Assembly: GCF_006345805.1 (NCBI RefSeq)
Contig: NC_043006.1
Location: 75,206,001 to 75,270,000, forward strand
Direction: 5' to 3'
DNA: 64,000 bases
Source of the DNA: Octopus sinensis
Taxonomy: Eukaryota
Shown here: piece by piece, positions 39,661 through 51,232 of the stretch
Position numbering within the stretch: the stretch's first letter is position 1
How the letters are laid out: each line of letters starts with the position of its first letter
Made by a program: the position numbers and the translations under genes
Notes under the pieces: generated by a model
Databases searched by the model: none
Told to the model about the DNA's origin: nothing
What the model saw: the letters and a program-made list of their open reading frames with translations, nothing else

Positions 39661-39739
39661 TCCTTAATTACACATCCAACCCTGATGTTTTATATTTTAT
39701 ACAATTTGTCTTTTTTCTTATCATGTTTGTTATTAGTGT

Positions 39740-39861
39740 TTTATATTATGTTTTTTTCATTTTTTTTCAGGTAAGTGTCAATCCTTCTGGGAATGGTGTA
39801 CCATTTTAAATCCAATCGAACTGTGAATGTTGATTACTTATAATTATTTGATAAGGTATGT
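39740..39861 (+). other. candidate recursive splice site (AG|GTAAGT at 39770/39771) with an 85-nt RS-exon
   Basis: Long U tract ...tttttttcattttttttcag directly followed by gtaagt; downstream donor AAG|gtatgt at 39856; stops in all three frames. Confidence 0.5.
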
Positions 39862-40311
39862 TGAGACGTTTCTGTGATTACTAACAATGATAACAATCTC
39901 TTGGACATTACACAATGACAATTTTTTTTCAACTAATATGAATCATGAACAGAATTTCTTATTAAAAATAAAAAAAAAAGAAATGGAAGTAAAGTTACCT
40001 TCTCTTGTGGTGAAATCCTGACACCCCTGTAGGACAGCAAATGAACTGTCCTAAACCTTATAAAGGCGCATGTGTACTGACAATGCAACATAGTGTGGTA
40101 TGTGCAGTTGCATTTGTGATGGCAGTCACAGAAGTCGTTGTTACTGACTTAGTTTTTGTAGGTTATGACACTGTTACAGTGTAGTCTTTATCTAAACCAA
40201 GGATATAAGAGTGTTGACAAGGATGAGATCAGTGGAAATAAATATATAATAAATAAAAGAAAAATATTGACCTCCAAGGAAAGTCAGACTCAAAAAGGGG
40301 AGTTGTGGTGG

Positions 40312-40757
40312 GGCATGGATACATTGAAACCCCGACGTCTGGCAGCTGACTTGGGAGACACCCATAAAATTATTAACCATCTTACTAACAATAACTCTGA
40401 GCACCTTTTCAAACTCTACCTGTCTAACACCCGTGGATATGTTTACAAAGTCAGAAAACAGCACAGCTCCCATGACTTTCAGAAACATTTTTTCATGCTA
40501 AGAGTTGCTGAAGCATGGAACAGACTGCCGGCATCAGTTGTTAGTTGTCGGAGCACTGCATCCTTCAAAACTTCCATGCTTCCTGAGATTCACCAACACT
40601 ACACCTGATTTTCTCCCCTCCATATACAGACAAGCATGTATCTGACTCATACACTGTTCACCTTCCAGACATTTGTACATTACTGCATATTCTTTATATG
40701 CACTTTTGACAAGTTGTGGTGCACCTGAGCACTGTATACAATAATTTCATTATTATT
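40312..40757 (+). mobile_element. CR1/L2-clade LINE 3' fragment
   Basis: GMDTLKPRRLAADLGDTHKII...TRGYVYKVRK...KHFFMLRVAEAWNRLPASVVSC...FK; 3' UTR ending (att)n. Confidence 0.85.
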
Positions 40758-40775
40758 AAATCCTGACACCCCTGT

Positions 40776-40970
40776 GGGATAGCAAGTGCTTTCATGGCGT
40801 ATAAATTCTCCACCTGGATGAGACGCTGGTCCATCACAGGATTATTCATTTTAGCCAGCTGAGTGGACTGGAGCAACATGAAATGAAGTGTTTTGTTGTT
40901 TTGTTCAAGAACACAACGCATTGCCTGGTGCAGGAATTGAAACTGCAATCCAACACCTTAACCATGGCCA
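40776..40970 (-). mobile_element. SINE family E, host of the CR1 insertion
   Basis: ccacctggatgagacgctgg...cagctgagtggactggagcaacatgaaatgaag...aagaacacaacgc; its tail continues at 39985-40043. Confidence 0.7.
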
Positions 40971-41065
40971 GATATGTTTTCCATTGTAAACTGGAAATGA
41001 ACAATTTGCTTGTATGAGGGTGATGCTTGTTTACAACAATCACGTGATGTGAAGACAGTGGTACA

Positions 41066-41096
<31 letters not shown>

Positions 41097-41570
41097 CAAT
41101 CTTTCAGTTTCCATATTCCATTTATGAAATCCGTTCACAAAGGCTTTGGTTGGTCTGGGATTATAGTAGAAGACACTTGCCACGCTGTTGGGAAGCAAGA
41201 TTCTTAACTCCGCAGCTGCTCATAATCTCCTTATCCAAGGTACTTTAAGTTGTCTCTTATCAGTTCTTCACAGGTTCCGTCTCCTTAGTTAATTCTTCAT
41301 ATATTCTCTTTCTGGAGAATCAAACCATTACTACCAGCTCACACTTCAAACTATAAGGTTTCCAGTTTATTTGATTACTCAGTTCCAGACATCTAACTTT
41401 AAAACTCTTTTGATGTCTTTATCAGATCCTGATTCAAGATCTTGATAAATTGGATGCTATAAATTGCCATGAACTTCCGTTTATGATGAAGTTCTTTGAA
41501 TTTATTTCGAAACAAGACAAAGAGAAAAATGCCTCTAATAATAGACTTAGTGAATATCTTGCTGTATGCT

Positions 41571-41838
41571 CAATTTCCTCTGTTTTGAGGGCCAAACACG
41601 ATCCTAGTCTTATCATCCTCATATATTATTTAATGCTTCTCATTGGTCCTATCATACGTGACTTTCTCATTGGCTTCTAGGATACAGAGTATGGGGCCCT
41701 TTTAAATTTCCTCTGTGTTTTGAGGGCCAAACATGATCCTAATTATATCATTCTCATATATTACTACTCCTCATTGGTATTATCATACCTGATTAACTTT
41801 CTCATTGGTCACTAGGATACATAGTACGGGGCCCTGTT
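41571..41838 (+). repeat. ~133-bp tandem duplication with 4 ATTGG (CCAAT) boxes
   Basis: aatttcctctg...gagggccaaaca.gatccta...ctcattgg...taggataca.agta.ggggccct occurs twice. Confidence 0.75.
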
Positions 41839-42059
41839 AAAGATCTTCTTTAATGTTTACAAGTACAAAACAGAATTGTTTGTTTTCTCATTAGAAACGC
41901 ATACCCTCTATATTTTCATGTGCCAGTATATTTCTACTTACGTCGGTAAATGGTTCCAAGACATGCAATTTAACTCAGATGATAACGTAACACAAAAGTT
42001 ATTTTCTTTAATGAATTTCTAGCTTATATCCATTTTAATATTTCTACATATTACGTTTA

Positions 42060-42506
42060 TATATTTGTTTTGCAAGATTTTTGATGTGAACTCATGTGTT
42101 GAAACAGATATTGTTGTATTTAGGAATGGTCATTTTGTCAGTTTAGCCAATACAAACACACGCGCTATATATTTGGTGTTACTTTGCTTCAGCGTTATTA
42201 ATTTTTTACATTAATCTTAATCTTATTTCGGCCAGAGTTCTTTCGTCACACTCCTGTGACCTCATCAGTGGTCCTTTGCTTTCTTCTTTCTTATTTGTGT
42301 GTCTCCCTTTATTAACGGTCAGCCATTTTGTATTTTGTATTCCTATTGTATGTGTCTTCATTTGCGCATGCGTATACCTCTATGTGTGTCTATGTTTAGA
42401 TTAATGTAAAAAATGAATAACGCTGAAGCAAAGTAACACCAAATATATAGCGCGTGTGTTTGTATTGGCTAAACTGACAAAATGACCATTCCTAAATACA
42501 ACAATA
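42060..42506. mobile_element. Penelope-like element remnant with a 109-bp inverted repeat
   Basis: Arms 42109-42217 and 42398-42506 differ at one position; the spacer holds a hammerhead motif. The Penelope assignment is inferred. Confidence 0.55.
42230..42274 (-). ncRNA. type-I hammerhead ribozyme motif
   Basis: ggacca-CUGAUGA-g-GUCAC(aggagu)GUGAC-GAAA-gaac-UC-uggcc. Confidence 0.55.
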
Positions 42507-42819
42507 GATTTCTACATGTTTTTACATGTATTTTATTTTCCACTTCAGCATTGGTATTTTTTTTCATGATTTTAAATGTTCGTCGAGGCCGACGTAAAGT
42601 CGGATAAAACAGTTGAAGTTGAGGTTTATTTTTCTCTTTTAATTTCCCTAAAATAAAAAAAACGCTGTGAGGTCGTAAAAGACGTAGCTCAAAACAACAT
42701 AAGTCGAAATTTGCTTTTATTTCAAAGTTCTATGGGGCCTGATAAATACCCTTCACAATTAATGCTAATTAAACTTATTTAATTAGCATGCTAATTAAAC
42801 TTGTTTAGGGTTTATATTT

Positions 42820-43063
42820 ACTCTTTTGCACTTTTACTTGTTTCAGTCATTTGACTGTGGCCGTGCTGGAGCGCCGCCTTTAGTCGAGCAAATAGACTCC
42901 AGGAGTTATTCTTTGTAAGCCTAGTACTTATTCTGTCGTTCTCTTTTGCCGAACTACTATGTTACGGGGACGTAAACACACCATCATCGGTTGTCAAGCG
43001 ATGTTGGGGGGGGAGACAAACACGGACACACAAACATATATATATGTATATATATGTATAAAT

Positions 43064-43114
<51 letters not shown>

Positions 43115-43325
43115 TATATATATACGACGGGCTTCTTTCATTTTCCGTCTACCAAATCCACTCACAAGGCATTGGTCGGCCCAGGGCTATAGCAGAAGAC
43201 ACTTGCCCAAAGTTCCCCGCAGTGGGACTGAACCCGGCACCATGTGATTGGTAAGCAAGCTACTTACCACACAGCCACTCGCACATTTTATTTAATAATC
43301 AGTAAGAAGACTTATCCAGCAACAC
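42820..43325 (-). mobile_element. SINE family B, CpG-intact
   Basis: Full element on the minus strand. Confidence 0.85.
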
Positions 43326-43404
43326 GATTTTCGTTCTTCTATCGCTATAGTTATATCATTAAACCTGCAAATATTTTCTTCTGAATTGTGAGTTATACAC
43401 AGAT

Positions 43405-43570
43405 ACAGTGATTAACAGTTGCATATTAATTACAATAATCAATAATTGTAATAATTTAATAATTGCATAATTGATAATTACAATAATCAATAATCATGTC
43501 ATTAATAATTGTGTTATTAATAATTAAAATAATCAATAATTGTGATAATTAATAATTGTATAAATGATAA
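43405..43570. repeat. degenerate AATAATT/AATC low-complexity repeat
   Basis: Direct inspection. Confidence 0.7.
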
Positions 43571-43574
43571 TTGT

Positions 43575-43915
43575 CAGAGGGAAGTTATTTGAATAGAAGT
43601 TGTCCTGTGGGGAAAATTATCCAAGGGGTAAGTTATATAGAGTGAAATTGTTCTATGGGGGCTATTACCCAAGTGTCATTTGTCAAGGGACAAATATCTA
43701 CATAGTAATTGCCCTGTAGGAGAAATTATTTGAGGGGCCATTATCGAAGGAAGAGGGGTAGTTGTCACAAAAGGGACAATTATATAAAGGGTGATTGTCA
43801 GGGAACAATTATCTAGATAGCAGTTGTGTTATCGGTGGTAATAATCCTGGAGACTATTACCTAGAGAAGAGTTGCTTATGGGGGTAATTATTCAAGGGGC
43901 AGCTGTCAGAAAACA
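43575..43915 (+). repeat. degenerate ~15-bp GGGG(C)AATTRTC-type tandem repeat
   Basis: Recurring ggg...aatt(a/g)tc(c) units spaced ~15 bp apart. Confidence 0.6.
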
Positions 43916-43959
43916 CTTATGCAGGACTAGGGGCAGTGGTCCTGAAACCATGGATGTCG

Positions 43960-44300
43960 ACTCAAATTATGTAACGATACTCGATGGGAGAAGTGAGGCG
44001 GGCGTAGTTCAGAGAGACTCCAGGTCGATCTGCTACATCTCCACATTCTGAGGTCACAGCTCTTGAACTATGGACGTGTGATTAGAATCGCAAGACGGAT
44101 TCTTCAAACCCTGCAAGAGACCTAGGGGTAGAACAAAAACGAGATGGTTGGATAATATCCGTAGTCTCAGTTGGTCATGCTTGAGAATCCAGTCGGAAAG
44201 TATAATGACAGTTGCTTCTGAGAGGGCCCTTGGAGGAGGTGCTTGAGGACGCTTCTACCATGACCCTCTCAAGAATAGTGGATAAGATGGATACATCGAT
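43960..44300 (+). mobile_element. RTE LINE 3' fragment
   Basis: LHILRSQLLNYGRVIRI...PCKRPRGRTKTRWLDNI, frameshifted. Confidence 0.75.
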
Positions 44301-44409
44301 GCTATTAATCTTGCTTCCAGGAATCATCAATTTAATTCTTTATTTAGAAATCATTATGATTTCCATTTCACCAATCTCTTAGCTGTCATGAAGCAATAAT
44401 TAGTCCGCA

Positions 44410-44720
44410 TTACTCCGGAAGGTGTATAGGGCCGCAAACCATTTTATACCAGTGGACAGGATTTAGGGCCACCTTCTTGGTTTCAGACCAAGAGAAATGG
44501 ATTGCTTTCTGTTTATCCTCCACGAATTTTTTCCCATGTCTTCTTAGATCACCAAGTTACCCCTTTCCCTCTGGTTGCCCCAGTCTAACACCGGTTTTAC
44601 AATGTTGCTTGGGAGGTCTCCTTAGAGTGTCACTGATCCAGCCCCATTTCCTTTTCACAATTTCTATATTGACGGGAGTTTGATTTGTTCTATCCCGCAG
44701 GCAGCGCTGTCTCTGTGTTA
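44410..44720 (-). mobile_element. RTE LINE 3' fragment, different subfamily
   Basis: EIVKRKWGWISDTLRRPP/SNIVKPVLDW...FSWSETKKVALNPVHW. Confidence 0.7.
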
Positions 44721-44994
44721 GTCATCAGACATTACGTATACTCGCACACAATCTGATTAAATGTCGAAATGTCTGAGCTGGGTTGTTAATGAGATTATCA
44801 CTTTTAATAACCTTCAATTTTAGAGATGTAAAAATGTAAATATTTAAAGATTTTTTTGTTTTTCACATCTCTAATGATGAGCTTAATTGTCTGAAAAATT
44901 ATAATCATAAATACAATGTGATTAATTAACACTAGTGACTAATGTAACACTACATATACACAACCTAATTAACTATGTTAGTGACTAATGTAAA

Positions 44995-45085
44995 AGGCGC
45001 GTGGCATAGTGGTCAGGGGTATTCGGATCGCTATCATAAGGTTGTGGGTTCGATTCTCGGCGGCGCGTTGTGTTCTTCAGCTTTT
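44995..45085 (+). mobile_element. tRNA-like SINE head, family E, truncated
   Basis: ggcgcgtggcatagtggtcagg...gggttcgattctcgg..gcgttgtgttctt. Confidence 0.65.
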
Positions 45086-46119
45086 ATACGTAATAGAACA
45101 GGCACTGTCGTGCCCTACAGCTCGGCAGGCTTTCGCAATAGCAATGAATGTTCGACTCAGTGTTTAAAGAAATATCGAGACACGAATTTCCTTTAAGTTA
45201 GTGACAGTCAAATGCACGGCATTGACAAGCCTCAACAAAGGCGAAAAGCCCTTTGTGGTTTTCGCGAGTTACTGTAGCCACAATGTTCGTCTTGCTTCTT
45301 CGTTCGTCTTGTACCTTATTTAATAGCATAATAGTCGCACCGTAATTTCAGTTGCATATACTCAAGAAAGACTGTTTTAAATGTATCAACGCTTGTAATA
45401 TAGGGCCCAACTTCGCAGATAGGACCCAGGTAATTTTTTTTTCGACGTTTTCTTGGAAGGAAAATGTTCCTCTTATAAGCCATCCAATATGGTATATTGA
45501 GTTTTCACCACGACACATCTATAAAGAGATTTTATTTCAGACAATTTCACCGTATAAAATCTTCTAATGATGTGCATAAATTTAGTATGATACGCAGATG
45601 GCGAGTCCTGGTACATATTTTATTGATCCTCAGAGTGAACAATACCAAAATTAATTTTTGGTAAAAGACGAACTCAAAAACCACCGACCATCAAATTAAG
45701 TCGAGCCAAAGCCTAAATTCTCTCCTGGTCTCCAACCACATTTCTCAAGTCTCGTTACCATTTAATAATAGTAAGTTATTGTGTTAACCAGGAATAGGTT
45801 ACGGTAGGCAGTGGGAGACGAAAAAATTCCAAAATGGACACAGACAAACGCAGTCAGATGTAAAGTACGTTTTCCTGTTTTCTTTTTATTTTGTCCAAGT
45901 CAGTGTGATTTCATTATTTAAGCTACTTCATAAATATATCTTTGATGAAAGGTTCATATTTTATTCTTGTCCGGTTGCCAATATATTTCGTAATTAGGTC
46001 TTCGTAGTCAGTCACATGAACTAAGTAGAGAGCCATACAGTGGTTGTTGTATTTGCTGTTGTTCTTTCTCTTTTTCTATAGCATTGTCTCTTTTTTGTAA
46101 TGGGGTTAGGGTTAGATAG

Positions 46120-46316
46120 ATAGATAGATAGATAGAGAGAGAGTGTGTGTGTATGTGTGTGTGAGAGAGAGAATATGTATGTGTGTGTGTGAGAGAGAGA
46201 GAGAGAGTGCATGCGTGTGTGAGAGAGAGAGAGAGAGAGTGTATGTGTGTGAGAAAGTGTATGTGTGTATTGTGAGAAAGAGAGAGTGTGTGTGTATGCG
46301 TGTGTGTGTGAAAGAG

Positions 46317-46348
<32 letters not shown>

Positions 46349-46990
46349 TGTGCATGCGTGTGTGAGAGAGAGAGTATATGTGTGTGTGAGAAAGTGTATG
46401 TGTGTATGTGAGAAAGAGTGTGTGTGTGTGAGAGAGAGAGTGTGTGTATGTGTGTGTGAGAGAGAGAATATGTATGTGTGTGTGTGAGAGAGAGAGAGAG
46501 AGTGCATGCGTGTGTGTGAGAGAGAGAGAGAGTGTATGTGTGTGAGAAAGTGTATGTGTGTATTGTGAGAAAGAGAGAGTGTGTGTGTATGCGTGTGTGT
46601 GTGAGAGAGAGAGAGTGTGTGTGTGTGTGAGAGAGAGAGTGTGCATGCGTGTGTGAGAGAGAGAGTATATGTGTGTGTGAGAAAGTGTATGTGTGTATGT
46701 GAGAAAGAGTGTGTGTGTGAGAGAGAGAGAGTGTGTGTGTATGTGTGTGTGAGAGAGAATGTGTATGTGTGTGTGTGAGAGAGAAAGAGAGTGCATGCGT
46801 GTGTGAGAGTGTATGTGTGTATGTGAAAAAGAGAGAGTGTGTGTGTATGCGCGCGCGTACGTGTGTGTGAGAGAGAGTGTGTATGTGTGTGAGAGAGAGA
46901 GTGTATGTGTGTATGTGAAAAAGAGAGAGTGTGTGTGTATGTGTGTGTATGAGGGAGAGAGAGAGAGAGAGTGTGTGTGTGTGTGTGTGA
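46120..46990. repeat. (GA)n/(GT)n mosaic with a ~296-bp higher-order period
   Basis: Marker gagagagagaatatgtatg recurs at ~46162 and ~46458. Confidence 0.85.
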
Positions 46991-47599
46991 ACGATAAGCT
47001 TTGTGTGTCTGTGTAAACAAATAGGCAATATTGATATGACACTAGTGTATTCTCCCTGGGATATCTCTTCATCTGTTTTCAGAACCTCACACTAGGGTCT
47101 TATTTGATTCGTGCATTAAATCATTGACTCCGAAAGGATGACAGGCCAGGTTGATCTTGGTAGGATTTAGATTTAGAACATAAATAACCAGAAGAAATAC
47201 TACAAAGCATTGTCCGATGATTTTTACCAATCAACTGCCTTTCGTATTATTTAGTTAATTCCTTCATTCACTCTGGAGTGTAGGCCATCGATGGCTCTCC
47301 TCTGTTGTTCTCTACTGTTCTCGACTCTGGGTTATCTTTTTCTGCCTCTGCCAGGTCTTGTTGGTCTTGAACTCTCACCGATGCTTCTGTAACTTTACCC
47401 TTTTGCTAGGTAGGAGTATTAGCCCTATGTTGACCCTTTTTTACCTCTGGTTATATTAGTTTGGCCCCTATCCTTTGACCTGTCCAACAAGGAAGGCCCT
47501 ATAAGGAGTTTGTGCTCTGCTTGTATAACTCTCATGCCATCGATACACACAAGCCACAACACTGCAACAAGGACTAGACCGTGAGGCTGGCTCCTTATA

Positions 47600-47820
47600 T
47601 TGGTTTCGAATTTTGGTACAAGGCCAGCAATTTTGGGAGAGGGTGTACATCGATTATGTCGATCGCAGTACTTAACTGATACTTATTTTATCGACCCCGA
47701 AAGGATGAGAGACAAAGTCGACCTCGATGGAATTTGTGCTCAGAACGTAAAGACGGACGTAATGTCGCTAAGTATTTTGTTCGGAGCTGTAATGATTCTG
47801 CTAGTTCGCCGCCTTGTTGC
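47600..47820 (-). mobile_element. SINE family A, short tail
   Basis: tttatcgaccccgaaaggatgagagacaaagtcgacctcg. Confidence 0.8.
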
Positions 47821-49419
47821 ACTTTTATATTAGCTCTTGTTAATTTGTTTTAACTTTAAGAGTTTTACGGTGCTTGGCGAATCTATGGGTAACTTTTAAA
47901 TAACAGCTGAAGTAATTTCTTTTGCTTTATGTTGGCTTGAACATCAAGCTAGCTCTTTCCCTTTTCCCATAAATGTGTGCCTTGTGTCATATAGCAAGAG
48001 GCAAATAGTTTGTTCCCTGTATGTTTAACCCCTTGTGGGCAATAAAGAAATAAGAAGCAAGTTGCTAGAAAGCTGCATTCATGCCTACAACTTCGTCCGT
48101 CACTACAATTTAAAGGTACACTTCCTATGCTACAACTCCCATCTACATTCTAACTACAACACACACTGTAACCTTCACATGCACTAGGTACACTACAAAA
48201 ATTCAGCCTACACCACAACTTCAACCTATGCTACCACTTCATTTTTACCCACATTGTTAGGTATGGTGGTCAGTGTCAGGGTGGGGACAACAACTGTCCA
48301 GACAACTGACTCCATCCCCCGGTCAGATGTTCTGATATCATCCTTTGACCAGTTCTTCACTGTGTTAGCCAGCTGCTTCTCTGGGAAATATATAAATATA
48401 TCTTTTAGTTATTAGAATTGTTTCTAATTTAAGAACTAATTTTGGGCTATTTTCAGCCGTCTTAATAATTTGTTTACAACCATTTCATATCTGTAGAGTA
48501 AGTTCTCTGTACAGTTTCCACCAATTAGCTGTTTTCTTTCAGAAATCTTTCTCCATTGAAGTCATAAATAAAATCTTTTATACACTTTGGCTCCCTTTAT
48601 TTAACGTTTGCTCGCATCATCACCATCATCGTCATCATCATCATCATCATCATCATCATCTTCATCATCATTGTCATCATGCTCATCATCATCGTTGTCA
48701 TCAATCATCATCAGGATGTGAATATAGAAAAAAAAAATTAACTGCCATTTCTAACAGATCGAACAGCCGCATAGAGACACCCTCATTAGCTCGATCAGAA
48801 CTGATGTTTATTTACACGAATAAATAAAAATACGTTTTTGATAGACGTATTACATTTCTATAAACAGCTTGTATTAGTAAAACAATCATAAATGTGCCAT
48901 CTCACACAGCCGACCAAATAATGACCTAAATTCTGAAGATCAATTTACATGAAACGTCACTTTCTTTAAAGGGGGCAATGTTCTCATTGGAAGCCCAGAT
49001 TCACTAAGAATCATGTATAGTATTATTGTAAAACCCCAAAACATATTATATACACTTTTTATCGCTAAAATCAAGATTAATATTATGAGTGGGTATAATG
49101 CGGAATTGTGGAGGTGCATAGCTTACTGGTTAGGGTGTTGGACTCACGATTGTAGAGATTGTGGTTTCGATTCCTGGACCAGGCGATGCGTTGATTTCTT
49201 GAGCAAAGCACCTCGGTAAAATCTTTATAATCCAGCGAAGCGAATCTAGAATTTACCGGATAAAATATATTGGGATTGCTTATCTGAAGTAATCCTATGT
49301 GTTCCTTATAAATTGAAGCAGTTAGCCATAACCTGAATTGTAACTGAGTATTCGTACGGTACGTGCCTGGATATTTTATTCTTATCTATTCATTACAGAC
49401 ACAAGCAAACACACACACA

Positions 49420-49466
<47 letters not shown>

Positions 49467-49869
49467 CACGTATGTGATCTGTCACACGTGGATCCACCGG
49501 TGTACAAAGTTTGAAACTATTTATTTAAAAAAAAAATTTATTGGGAATCTGTGCGTCAAACTGAAAAGATCCCATGTATGTATGGATGAATGGACGGATG
49601 GATGGATATGAAGGCGTATGGCTTAGTAGTCAGGCTGTTGTACTCACGATCGCTAGATGGCATTCTTATAGATATAAGAATAATCGCTGCCGCTGGTCAG
49701 CTCCATGAGGCCACCGCCATGAAGATAGCTATTGATACACGATCTGTATCCATTATAACCTTCGAACAAGGGAGGTCAGCCGCTTCACACTGCCAGTAAG
49801 CGCTGCCGTAATCTCTTTTATAGAGACTTAGTAATTTTAATATTTCTATTATATATATATATGTCATGA

Positions 49870-50070
49870 TGGATCGCTAGCCACTACACATTCTTTATTT
49901 TCTGTCTTTATTTTCTCTCCTTGTTTCTTTCTGTGTTCCTTTCTGTGGAAGAGCTTAGGCTCGAAACGTTAAAGACTTTTTCACTTCCTGAGCGTTATAC
50001 TAATTCATCTGTTTGTTGTCTACACCATCTGTCTTCGTCATTTGTTTTTTTTTGTGAATTCTCCCTATAT
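49870..50070 (+). mobile_element. Penelope-pLTR-like repeat carrying a hammerhead-like motif (partial copy at ~5420-5500)
   Basis: cttt-CUGUGGA-a-GAGC(uuag)GCUC-GAAAC-GUU-aaag; shares atactaat.catctgtttgttg.ctacacca.ctgtct with 5430. Confidence 0.5.
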
Positions 50071-50869
50071 ATATATTTATATATACATATATATATGTAT
50101 ATATATATATCTCTTATTATAAAAGGCAGATTTTATCTGCCTCCCTTTGGGAGTTATAGAAATCTACAATATAGGATTTCTTCAATTACAATTTACCTAG
50201 CATTTTTGAGAGTACAATGCATCGCGTCATGCCAGGTCCAGTTTTTAAAATTTAAACTCAATTAAGCAAAATTTACAGAAAACTCACATTCTGGTGTGTG
50301 TGTCAAATGCTTTTCTTAGTCTGGTTTACACCACACGCAAACGCACACACACAGTGGGCAACGAATAAAATGAAAGTAAATAGCGACAGAGTGATTTGAG
50401 GAAGACTAAAGTGAAAGTATTCTGTCTATGACGCTGATAGATACATGAGTAAAATGTATGGGGAGCTAAGAGTGAGTGAAAATGTTCTTGGAAGAGAGTA
50501 ATTAGTAATAAAGTAAACATACACTCATACATACATACATACATACATAATACCCATACACACCACACATACACACACACATACACACACACACCACACA
50601 TACATACATACATACATATACATACATATACATACATACACACACACATACACACACACAGTATTGAAGCTTGAGAACAATCAGATACATTTGCAACACA
50701 TATGTTGAAAATATTATTGTTCACACACATACATATACATATATACTTACAGACACAGACAGACAGACACACACACACCACACACACACACACACACATG
50801 ATCCAGCATGGCCACAACCTCAAGGCTGAAACATATAAAGAATAACAGAATATAAATGTGTGCAAAGTA

Positions 50870-51210
50870 CAAGAAATATTAATGCAGTATATGGGGATTG
50901 GACAATAAGCGTAAGGCATGTCAATGGTGGTTCCAGAAATCCCGAGCCATAAACTACAGCCTAGAAGACGAGCCTCATCCTGAAAGATCTGTAGAACTCG
51001 ACAAGGACATCCTGAAAACCCTGGTGGAACAAAATATCATCGTAACTGTTGAGGAACTAGCAGAGAAGCTTGGATTTGGTCATTCAACCATTCATTGACA
51101 CCTGTGTGCTATCGGAAAAGTCAGCAAATGGGTCAATGGGTTCCTCACGAACTTTCCGAGTCTAATTGCATGCAGAGAGTGAATGTATGCTTTTCTTTGC
51201 TGTCATATCT
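50870..51210 (+). mobile_element. mariner transposase remnant
   Basis: NINAVYGD...QWWFQK...LEDEPHPERSVELDKDILKTLVEQN...TVEELAEKLGFGHSTIH*HL...QWVPHELSE (WVPHEL motif). Confidence 0.85.
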
Positions 51211-51232
51211 CACCACTACTGCGCTATGTATA

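Noticed and set aside
44995-45070. tRNA-like sequences at SINE heads (also 57460-57535 and 58187-58260)
   Set aside because: The acceptor and anticodon stems do not pair and each continues into a SINE body, so they are not functional tRNA genes.
45800-45880. caaaATGG MDTDKRSQ first-exon-like segment
   Set aside because: The donor is weak and a stop follows at once; there is no other support.
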